From IMG/VR virus record IMGVR_UViG_3300045557_000076, positions 1-26,769 of that record: a stretch of 26,769 nt of DNA. One strand, 5' to 3'. Numbering within the stretch: the first letter of the stretch is position 1; every line of letters starts with the position of its first letter. Positions 1 to 7,221 of this stretch are shown here, one piece after another. This stretch comes from a virus. Lineage: Duplodnaviria; Caudoviricetes. The translations under genes and the position numbers were made by a program. A model generated the notes under the pieces. It had not been told where the DNA came from. It did not search any database and saw only the letters and a list, made by a program, of their open reading frames with translations.

Positions 1-972
1 ATGATACTCATCGTCGGGGGAGCCGGTTATATCGGATCCCATATCAACAAAAAACTGAGTGAACAGGGTTATGAAACTGTTGTATTCGATAATTTAAGCT
101 ATGGTCATGCTGAATTTATAAAGTGGGGACAATTCCATCAGGGAGATCTGGGAAACATAGATGATATCCGGGGTGTATTTAAAAAATATCCCATAGATGC
201 GGTTATACACTTTGCAGCCTTTACCTACGTGGGGGAGTCTGTTGAAAATCCTCAGAAGTACTACCAGAACAACCTGTGCAACACCTTAAATCTTCTCCAG
301 GTCATGATAGATGAGGATGTTAAGTACCTGGTGTTTTCTTCTACCTGCGCAACCTACGGTGAACCAAAAGTAATACCTATACCTGAAAATCATCCGCAAA
401 ACCCTATAAACCCATACGGAAGGGCGAAGCTCATGGTAGAACAGGTACTTGGTGATTACAGCCATGCATACGGCTTGAAATATGTATCGCTACGTTATTT
501 CAACGCGGCAGGTGCAGACCCAGAAGGAGAAATTGGGGAGATGCACGACCCTGAAACACATCTAATACCCATTATTATGGATGTAGCTGGTGATAAGAGG
601 GAAAAAGTCCAGATTTACGGTACAGACTACCCCACACCAGACGGCACATGTATAAGGGATTACATCCACGTAGTAGACCTTGCAGATGCCCATATGAAAG
701 CCCTGGAATATCTGCAGGCTGGTGGTGAAAGCGATGCTTTTAATCTGGGTAACGGCCAGGGTTTCTCGGTGAAGCAGGTTATAGAAACAGCAAAGAAGAT
801 CACAGGTAAAGAGATAAAAGCTGAAGAAGTAGAGCGTAGACCTGGAGATCCACCTGTCCTGATTGGAAGCAGCACAAGAGCCAGGGAAATATTGGGCTGG
901 AATCCGGAATACCATGAGTTATCCTATATTATTGAAACTGCCTGGAAGTGGCATCAAAAAAAGTTCGGGTAA
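1..972 (+). CDS. galE: UDP-glucose 4-epimerase (host gene)
   Basis: GGAGYIG Rossmann motif, HFAA..VGES, SSTCATYG, YxxxK (YGRAK), LRYFNAAGA, DGTCIRDYIHVVDLADAH. Confidence 0.96.
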   Translation: MILIVGGAGYIGSHINKKLSEQGYETVVFDNLSYGHAEFIKWGQFHQGDLGNIDDIRGVFKKYPIDAVIHFAAFTYVGESVENPQKYYQNNLCNTLNLLQVMIDEDVKYLVFSSTCATYGEPKVIPIPENHPQNPINPYGRAKLMVEQVLGDYSHAYGLKYVSLRYFNAAGADPEGEIGEMHDPETHLIPIIMDVAGDKREKVQIYGTDYPTPDGTCIRDYIHVVDLADAHMKALEYLQAGGESDAFNLGNGQGFSVKQVIETAKKITGKEIKAEEVERRPGDPPVLIGSSTRAREILGWNPEYHELSYIIETAWKWHQKKFG

Positions 973-1105
973 TGGAATTAAAAAATTCTAAGCCCCCTGT
1001 AGAATAAGAAATACGCCAGTATCATCAGGATTACAGTCAGAAAATTGGCCACTTTCAAAACAACCACAAACGATAATAAACAGCCAAATAAATAACATAA
1101 ATCAA

Positions 1106-2233
1106 ATGGAAATAGCTGAAGACAAATACATCAAAAAATGGATCCGGGAAAGGGATGTTAAAAAATCAAGCACACAACAGTACATGCGTGTAATGAAAAA
1201 ATACACCACATACCACCAACAAACACCAACAAAACTAATAGAGGAAGCCCGAAAAGACCAAGCAGAACAACCCTGGCTATCAGACCGGAAAATAAACGAT
1301 AGACTATATGATTTCTACAACCACCTGAAAGAAAATAAGATAACCTCATCCAAGGCATACCTCACCACCGTACGAAGCTTCTATGGACACTTTGAAATCC
1401 AACTCCCAAAAATGAGGATTAAAAACCCTGCCAAGGATCAGCAATTATCTACTGACATACCAGGCAAAAAAGAAATACGATTAGCACTTGATAACAGTAA
1501 ACCACGATACCAGGCGATAATTTTATTCATGGCCAGCACCGGACTTTCAATGTCTGATGTTTTAAATTTCACTCTGAAAGATTTTCTCACTGCTTTAAAC
1601 ATAACTAGTGTAGATGAAATAACATCTTTACAGGATAAAAAGGAAACCGAGTTAATAGGATTATGGCAGGGTCGTAGATTCAAAAACGACATACCATATA
1701 TCACTTTTAACAGCCCAGAAAGTACAAAAACAATAAGTAAATATTTACTCAGTAGGAAATGGGAACTAGAAGAAAAACAATACCTATTCACTAACACGTG
1801 GAATAACGGCCAAATAGCCGTTAGAACGTTTAATAACCAGTTCGTGGCCATCAATGACAAATGTGGTTTTGGTAAAAGTGGTAAGCATCATTATTTTACA
1901 AGTCATCAATTACGCCGGTTTTTTTCTACAACACTCACTGAGCACCGGGTTCCTTATCTTTTTGTGCAGTGGATGACTGGGCATAAATTACCAGATGTAC
2001 CTGGGGCGTATAATAAGCCTTCCCTGAAAGCTCTTAGAGAAGAGTATTTACGTGTTTTACCGTACCTTACAATCAGAGAAAAAGTTAAAACAAAGCTTTT
2101 AACTGATGAGCGGTTACAGGAATATGAGGATCGGGATAAGCAGAAAGATAGAATAATAGAAGAGATGGGTAAGCGTCTTGACGCTTTAGAAAGGAGAGAG
2201 GAGCGTAAGGATAGGCTTAGAAAGATTGAGTAA
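1106..2233 (+). CDS. int: Tyrosine recombinase/integrase
   Basis: N-terminal core-binding-like region, box I region AIILFMASTGL, R-x-K (RRFK), HQLRRFF (H-x-x-R), MTGH and downstream Tyr (GAYNK); C-terminal coiled coil. Confidence 0.9.
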   Translation: MEIAEDKYIKKWIRERDVKKSSTQQYMRVMKKYTTYHQQTPTKLIEEARKDQAEQPWLSDRKINDRLYDFYNHLKENKITSSKAYLTTVRSFYGHFEIQLPKMRIKNPAKDQQLSTDIPGKKEIRLALDNSKPRYQAIILFMASTGLSMSDVLNFTLKDFLTALNITSVDEITSLQDKKETELIGLWQGRRFKNDIPYITFNSPESTKTISKYLLSRKWELEEKQYLFTNTWNNGQIAVRTFNNQFVAINDKCGFGKSGKHHYFTSHQLRRFFSTTLTEHRVPYLFVQWMTGHKLPDVPGAYNKPSLKALREEYLRVLPYLTIREKVKTKLLTDERLQEYEDRDKQKDRIIEEMGKRLDALERREERKDRLRKIE

Positions 2234-2326
2234 TACTTTCACTTTTTCACAATTGTAAGATCACAGCTGTATCGGGGCATTCTCCATCCTTCTTTTAGAT
2301 CTACTTATAAAGGTGAGTAATACTTT
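2227..2326. repeat. 13-bp direct repeat TGAGTAATACTTT (2227-2239, 2314-2326), each with palindromic core AGTA-A-TACT
   Basis: Exact match seen; the first copy overlaps the integrase stop codon. Confidence 0.7.
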
Positions 2327-2633
2327 TTTATTGAAAATTTCTGACAACTCTATAAATTAAAAAAGGAGTTGAAAAACCCATATACTTTTTCAAAAAACAA
2401 GGACGTATAGCACTGCAATACACTGCTAGACGATTGAGAAACCTTTAAATATGACGTGGTACTAAGTATTTCATACAGATAGATCAAATCTACCCGACAA
2501 AAAAGTAAGTAAATAATAAGAATTATTGGGGGTTGTAGTAACGAAAAAAGGATAGTGAGGACTAAAGCATAAACATTAAATAGATCAAAGTATGAACTAA
2601 CTATAACAAACACATGGGTAGTGTTTACTTATA

Positions 2634-2743
2634 ATCCCTTTAATATCCGCTCTGGATTTACGTATTAAAGGGATGTGTGGGGGTGCAACGGTCGGGAAAC
2701 ACGCAACACCTCTCACACATACAACAACCTGGGAGGCTGTTGC
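2634..2743 (-). ncRNA. Candidate structured RNA made of three abutting hairpins
   Basis: 12-bp perfect inverted repeat 2634-2645/2663-2674; stem 2673-2720; stem 2721-2743 is fully paired only on the minus strand (G-U pairs); TATA-like AATATATATTTAT at 2767-2779 lies about 25 nt upstream on minus. Confidence 0.45.
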
Positions 2744-2949
2744 ATTTGTTATCTATAGATCAAGGGAATATATATTTATCGACAAATCGGATTAATTTTC
2801 AGCATATTGGTAGACTTGAAAGGGAATTTGAAGAAAAGTATCAACTGTTTTTAGAAGTAGAGGATAACCCTGAATCGGGGGAATATCAACATTTAAAGGC
2901 GGAATTGTTCCGTATTGATGAAGAAATAGATTCTATTTTGTGGGGATAG
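2677..2949 (+). CDS. Small acidic helical hypothetical protein; true start probably near 2807
   Basis: The C-terminal ~47 codons look protein-like (LEREFEEKYQLF...EEIDSILWG) and are followed by a hairpin and T-run; the 5' part overlaps the hairpin cluster. Confidence 0.4.
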   Translation: MGVQRSGNTQHLSHIQQPGRLLHLLSIDQGNIYLSTNRINFQHIGRLEREFEEKYQLFLEVEDNPESGEYQHLKAELFRIDEEIDSILWG

Positions 2950-3015
2950 TGTTATGGGACTATCTCCTCTTGTTTTTTGTTGGAGGGGTTTTGGGTTACT
3001 AACAGATCCCCTCCA
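2942..3015 (+). terminator. Two hairpins with a T-rich tract between convergent genes
   Basis: GGGGATAGT/ACTATCTCC (2942-2967) then TCTTGTTTTTTG; TGGAGGGG/CCCCTCCA (2981-3015). Confidence 0.5.
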
Positions 3016-3087
3016 GGTAGTATTTTCTTTTCCAACGTATTTATATTATGTGGTAAACTGGTTACATACTGGTTTATTAAAAAAGAT

Positions 3088-3321
3088 TTATTCTTTGATT
3101 TCTTTTTTCTCTAAACAATCCTTAGCAATCAAGATTAGTTTTGATACTTCCATGCTTAAAGAAGATTGTCCCATTCCAAAATCCTTAAAGGCCCGTTCAT
3201 TAGCAAATTCAAGGGCTTCTTCCATAATAGTAACTCTTTTCTGTTCCCTTTTTGAGTTTTTCCATTTTTCCATGAAGACATCATTTATTTCTGTCATGAT
3301 GACATTTAACGCTTTTGCCAT
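3088..3321 (-). CDS. Small divergently transcribed protein, candidate provirus repressor
   Basis: The only convincing minus-strand gene; ATG about 24 nt after a TTTATATA box (leaderless); located between integrase and early operon; N-terminus LNVIMTEIND is loosely RHH-like. Confidence 0.65.
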   Translation of the reverse strand: MAKALNVIMTEINDVFMEKWKNSKREQKRVTIMEEALEFANERAFKDFGMGQSSLSMEVSKLILIAKDCLEKKEIKE

Positions 3322-3336
3322 GTTTATCTTTTTCTA

Positions 3337-3427
3337 TCTTGACATATATAAAGTTTTGCCACTTTTCCATCTTGACTTATGTCAAAACATTTATATACTA
3401 CTTACACCTAATAGTCATATGTCAAGA
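3337..3427. promoter_or_regulatory. Divergent promoters with TCTTGAC(A/T)TAT operator sites
   Basis: TTTATATA on minus (3345-3352) and on plus (3390-3397); TCTTGACATAT 3337-3347, palindrome TTGAC-TTAT-GTCAA 3372-3385, ATATGTCAAGA 3417-3427. Confidence 0.8.
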
Positions 3428-3520
3428 AGACTAATTATCTTCAGACAAGGGGATACTATTTTTTTATCCCCTCTCTCCTCAGCTCGAGGAGAAAACAAAG
3501 AATGGAGAGAGGTGGAATAT

Positions 3521-3718
3521 ATGGAATGTGGATTTATAGACGAAATGGAATTAAACCGTGTCCTTAGCGAATCAACCGCAAGAGCCACCGGTGGAAACTG
3601 GAGTTTTAAACGTGTAGTCTGCATATACGAAACAAATTATTGTACTGAATGCGGACGATGCAAGGATGAAGACTTAGACGCTGAAGCGAACAGTACCTAC
3701 ATGAAAGAGGCGATCTGA
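3521..3718 (+). CDS. Cys-rich micro-protein (65 aa), first early gene
   Basis: 3' part of track ORF 2954..3718; SD GAGGTG before ATG 3521; C-x6-C-x2-C-x2-C; TGATG coupling to next gene. Confidence 0.7.
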   Translation: MECGFIDEMELNRVLSESTARATGGNWSFKRVVCIYETNYCTECGRCKDEDLDAEANSTYMKEAI

Positions 3719-4050
3719 TGTCTCATTTAAGCTTAGTGCCACGCATTGGTACAGTTAAATGTCGTAAGTGTATCCACCATGGACACCTTAAAAATTCAGT
3801 GCATTTAAAATGCAACCACCCCGGAGCACATGACCTTATCTCACGTGGTAAGGATTTAAGGGACTTTCTAAGTGATTTAACAACCCATTCTACGATAAAT
3901 AATAATCTCCTATGGACTTACATTAAAATAGAAGTAGATGATGATGTAATTGAAATTTATGAACCCATGGTAAACGGGTGGTTTACCTGGCCGTTCAACT
4001 TCGATCCCCGATGGCTAGATTCATGTAGTGGCTTTGAGGGGGTGGAATAA
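3718..4050 (+). CDS. Hypothetical protein with Cys/His cluster (CRKC..CNHP..C)
   Basis: Stop/start overlap with upstream gene, operon context. Confidence 0.75.
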   Translation: MSHLSLVPRIGTVKCRKCIHHGHLKNSVHLKCNHPGAHDLISRGKDLRDFLSDLTTHSTINNNLLWTYIKIEVDDDVIEIYEPMVNGWFTWPFNFDPRWLDSCSGFEGVE

Positions 4051-4052
4051 AA

Positions 4053-4574
4053 ATGGCACGTAAAAGTCGTTTCTCTGGGATCTACAGCAAAGAATACATA
4101 GCTAAATTACATGGCAGGATAATAGCCGAACACCCCCCAGAATCATTTAATGACAAAGAATATGAATTTAGAGACTTTTTAATGGAAGAAATACGCTCAC
4201 GACTCAACGCAGGGCATTTCAAAATTAAAGACAACATACTCATTTTTGGAGATAAAAAAATCCCACTCAAAGAAATACCCGAACCTGATGGTTTCTTTGA
4301 CATCAACAAAAGCGCATTGCCTGTTCTTGAGGTTGATGAGATACAAGAGAACAGGGCATGGGTTAAGAACCGTCAAGGAAGACGATTTCCTGTTAAGATC
4401 AACAAGATGGCTGAAGTTGAAAGTGTTGCTTTTAACCTTGAAATGGGTGTAAAAGTCCTGGCATACTGCAATCCCGTGACTGGTTTTGAAGTTCTTGAAT
4501 TTGAAATCGATGAGGATGTTATTCAAGAAAAAGGGAATGTTGAAGTTGAGGGGCCCATGGAGCTGATCGGATGA
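4053..4574 (+). CDS. Hypothetical protein
   Basis: GGGGTGG SD, 173 aa, operon context. Confidence 0.75.
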   Translation: MARKSRFSGIYSKEYIAKLHGRIIAEHPPESFNDKEYEFRDFLMEEIRSRLNAGHFKIKDNILIFGDKKIPLKEIPEPDGFFDINKSALPVLEVDEIQENRAWVKNRQGRRFPVKINKMAEVESVAFNLEMGVKVLAYCNPVTGFEVLEFEIDEDVIQEKGNVEVEGPMELIG

Positions 4575-4717
4575 ATAACGATGATGGGATGGATGTTTCT
4601 ATTGAAAAGTTTTTCAAGGTTCGGGGGCTTGTCGAAACTGCCAGGAATGAAGTATTGGAGGACGGGCAGCGTAATCCTACGTTGGAATTGGTTTATAATC
4701 TTGTATTCAACAATTAA
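4571..4717 (+). CDS. 48-aa hypothetical protein (not in ORF track)
   Basis: ATGA overlap with upstream stop; MNNDDGMDVSIEKFFKVRGLVETARNEVLEDGQRNPTLELVYNLVFNN. Confidence 0.6.
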   Translation: MNNDDGMDVSIEKFFKVRGLVETARNEVLEDGQRNPTLELVYNLVFNN

Positions 4718-4737
4718 AAGGAGAATGAGGTGATAGG

Positions 4738-4923
4738 ATGGAGAATACGAAAATACAGCACTGGAAACGGAATGAATTCAAATGGCATGAAAAGGAACAG
4801 GTCGAAGAAAACAAAACCCTGAAATCAAGGTTTAAACAGGCAATGACACGATTAAAAGAGTCCGTCCTGTTCGACTATGAACCTGAAGACCTTGAGGATG
4901 ACGAAATGGAAGAGGTTGATTAA
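4738..4923 (+). CDS. Small hypothetical protein with acidic tail
   Basis: GAGGTGA SD upstream. Confidence 0.7.
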   Translation: MENTKIQHWKRNEFKWHEKEQVEENKTLKSRFKQAMTRLKESVLFDYEPEDLEDDEMEEVD

Positions 4924-4925
4924 AG

Positions 4926-5057
4926 ATGCGGTCATTTAAACAGCACGTACCGGAAGAAAGGATAAACCCTGTTTTTATCGTGCAGGTCAGCTTTTTAATT
5001 ATTTGTACCGTTTTAATTGCCCTGTTAGCTTTTAATAATCTACTCGGGGGGTTCTAG
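4926..5057 (+). CDS. 43-aa single-TM membrane protein (not in ORF track)
   Basis: GAGG SD; MRSFKQHVPEERINPVFIVQVSFLIICTVLIALLAFNNLLGGF. Confidence 0.6.
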   Translation: MRSFKQHVPEERINPVFIVQVSFLIICTVLIALLAFNNLLGGF

Positions 5058-5058
5058 T

Positions 5059-5202
5059 ATGAACGTGGTCAATTTCGATCGGGACGACCTAGAAGTAGCC
5101 CTTGCCCTGGGACTGGTAGGACTATGCCTCGGTGGAGGTGCTATATTCGGAGGATATGCACTTTATTTAATTATTAATGCCCTCCTAGGTGGTGGTTTTT
5201 AA
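5059..5202 (+). CDS. 47-aa Gly-rich membrane protein (not in ORF track)
   Basis: G-run SD; MNVVNFDRDDLEVALALGLVGLCLGGGAIFGGYALYLIINALLGGGF. Confidence 0.6.
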   Translation: MNVVNFDRDDLEVALALGLVGLCLGGGAIFGGYALYLIINALLGGGF

Positions 5203-5282
5203 ATTAATTTCATGAGAGTATCACCAACATGAACATCTCGACCCCTGGGGATTACTGTCGCTAAACTACGTCTCCAATACTT

Positions 5283-5356
5283 GCCCGTATAGCTCAGTTT
5301 GGCAGAGCGGGGGGTTTGTAACCTTCAGGTCGCCGGTTCGAAGCCGGTTGCGGGCT
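5283..5356 (+). tRNA. tRNA-Thr(UGU), virus-encoded
   Basis: Cloverleaf: acceptor GCCCGTA/TGCGGGC, D stem GCTC/GAGC, anticodon arm GGGGG-TTTGTAA-CCTTC, T arm GCCGG-TTCGAAG-CCGGT, discriminator U; no encoded CCA. Confidence 0.9.
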
Positions 5357-5359
5357 TTT

Positions 5360-5420
5360 GGGCACGTACTTCAACTGGAAAGAATCCCTGGGAACGAGGG
5401 TTCAAGTCCCTCCGTGTCCA
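5360..5420 (+). ncRNA. 61-nt tRNA-like RNA lacking the anticodon arm, with Ala-type acceptor (G3:U70, A73)
   Basis: Acceptor GGGCACG/CGTGTCC+A, U8A9, D arm TTC-AACTGGAAA-GAA, mini-hairpin TCC-CTG-GGA, T arm GAGGG-TTCAAGT-CCCTC, followed by TTTTT. Confidence 0.8.
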
Positions 5421-5578
5421 TTTTTAACTCCTTACAGTGGCTGGATAGGTGATTGAGTGCATAAAAAAACAAATTACCCCAAATAAAAGATTGATAAATA
5501 CTTCTCTGCTATCTAATCTAGTGCTCATCATCCCAGAACCCCAAAAAAATTTGGGAAAAAAGATTTGAGGTGAAATAA

Positions 5579-6178
5579 ATGGCTGAAACAAATATTGAAG
5601 ACTTCAAACAGGAAGTCGAAAACGATTTGAAAGAATATGACAAATCCAAACAACCCGAACCGGACTGTGAATGTGGAGACTGTGAAAACGTAGACGAACC
5701 CGAGGTAAGCACCTTAGGAGATGGTCTTGGCTTCGAGGACGCCGAACACCTGCGAACCACACTCCACGAACTTGAAATAGGAGAATACGAACAAGACGTG
5801 AAAATTGCCAGTCTACAGGACGAATACAACCGACAACGAGAAGAGATCAGGTGGGAAATAGACCAACTGATAATACCACGTAAAAAGGACAAAGAAGCTA
5901 TGAACGAAGCAGGATTCACACGCCAGGACGACTACGAAAAGCACCTACGAAAGAACGACCTTGCAGATGCGATCTATGAAATAGAAAATAAAATAATACC
6001 CATCGCTGAATCACTTGAAAAAGCAAGGAAGGAAAAACGAGACGCCGACTTAACCATTAAAGACCTGAAAAGGAAACTCGACATCCGGTTAAAGTACGCT
6101 CCTTTGATGCATAATACCGTGATAGTAACGCGAGAATTCAGACAAAATACACCAGAAATGATAATAGAGGGGAAATGA
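5579..6178 (+). CDS. Coiled-coil hypothetical protein
   Basis: GAGGTGA SD; acidic N-terminus with CECGDC; long E/K/R-rich heptad pattern. Confidence 0.8.
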   Translation: MAETNIEDFKQEVENDLKEYDKSKQPEPDCECGDCENVDEPEVSTLGDGLGFEDAEHLRTTLHELEIGEYEQDVKIASLQDEYNRQREEIRWEIDQLIIPRKKDKEAMNEAGFTRQDDYEKHLRKNDLADAIYEIENKIIPIAESLEKARKEKRDADLTIKDLKRKLDIRLKYAPLMHNTVIVTREFRQNTPEMIIEGK

Positions 6179-6793
6179 ATGGATTTAAAAGACCATGGAC
6201 TATCAATCTTAAACCCCTACATTGAGCAAATAAACGACCCTAATATCAAAGAATTAACCATTGCATGCTTAGAAAGAGCACCTAATTATTTCTGGAGTAG
6301 GCCCGCCGCCGTAAGTGGGAAATACCATCCAAAATTCGTGAACTGTCAGGGTGGAACTGTAAAACATACCGCATTTGCAGTATATCTAGGAATAGAACTT
6401 TGTAATACATTTGATATTGGAAAAGGGAGTATCCAGATGGATAGGATTATATCTGCTTTAATTCTACATGATACATTCAAATCAGGATATAGTGACAACG
6501 ATGATTGGAGATATGGACTTTTCCATCCATTCATACCACGGAAAGCATTTGAAAAGGACTGTTCAATGTTATCTAAACACTTCAATTGGATAATGACCTT
6601 GATTGAAAGCCATATGGGAAATATTGGCTCTGGAGCATGGACACCAGGCGGTGTCCAGCCTATGACTAAGGAAGCCGAAATAGTGCATTTAGCAGACTAT
6701 ATTGCATCTAGAAGAGAATTAGATTGGGATAATTGGGAAATAAAGAGAAATTTAAAAGTTAAGACTAGAGAAAAGAAGGAAGAGTTAATATGA
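6179..6793 (+). CDS. HD-domain phosphohydrolase (YhaM-like)
   Basis: PAAVSGKYHP, GGTVKHT, LILHDTFK, H, SHMG, VHLADYIAS. Confidence 0.85.
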   Translation: MDLKDHGLSILNPYIEQINDPNIKELTIACLERAPNYFWSRPAAVSGKYHPKFVNCQGGTVKHTAFAVYLGIELCNTFDIGKGSIQMDRIISALILHDTFKSGYSDNDDWRYGLFHPFIPRKAFEKDCSMLSKHFNWIMTLIESHMGNIGSGAWTPGGVQPMTKEAEIVHLADYIASRRELDWDNWEIKRNLKVKTREKKEELI

Positions 6794-7221
6794 GCACATT
6801 AAAAGAAAAAATGAATGAAAAACGAGGAGAAGCCCTGGAAATAGAAGGCGACAACATAGAATTCATAGGAACCGAAACCGACCCCGAAACCGGTGAGGAA
6901 GTGGAAAAATTTGTATGGTCACCCTTCAAAGAAGGACAAGAAATAGAAGGCCTCGTCCTCGGAACAGAAGCCCGGAAATTCGGAGACCAACTACTCATCG
7001 TGATTGAAGACGGAAGACAAGTACTATTACCCGCACACGCAGATTTAAAGAAGAAAATAAACAACGTCTACCAATTCGATTATGTATACTGTGAATTAGA
7101 ACGGTTCAAAGTTTCAGACAACCCCGAATACAACGACAAACCCATCTACAAATTAACTGTGATACCATCTGATGAAGTACCGGACGAATATAAAAGGGAA
7201 TACCAGGACGGGTTAGAATGA
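6790..7221 (+). CDS. Putative OB-fold ssDNA-binding protein
   Basis: W-x-P..EG..IEG pattern, beta-rich core, acidic tail, next to the annealase-like gene; fold assignment is inference. Confidence 0.5.
   Translation: MSTLKEKMNEKRGEALEIEGDNIEFIGTETDPETGEEVEKFVWSPFKEGQEIEGLVLGTEARKFGDQLLIVIEDGRQVLLPAHADLKKKINNVYQFDYVYCELERFKVSDNPEYNDKPIYKLTVIPSDEVPDEYKREYQDGLE

Noticed and set aside
1005-1060. CTGA...TGATGA on the minus strand resembling C/D-box sRNA internal boxes
   Set aside because: No convincing terminal C and D boxes at suitable spacing
2350-2613. 87-aa hydrophobic minus-strand ORF
   Set aside because: GTG start without a clear SD; hydrophobicity is expected from a T-rich strand. Not listed as a gene, though it cannot be excluded.
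2954-3520. 5' part of the 254-aa track ORF
   Set aside because: Overlaps the minus-strand 77-aa gene, terminator hairpins and the promoter/operator region; only the part from ATG 3521 has an SD
5360-5420. Mini-tRNA as tmRNA, split tRNA or intron-containing tRNA
   Set aside because: No mRNA-like domain or bulge-helix-bulge insert; both halves are contiguous and sequence is missing, not inserted
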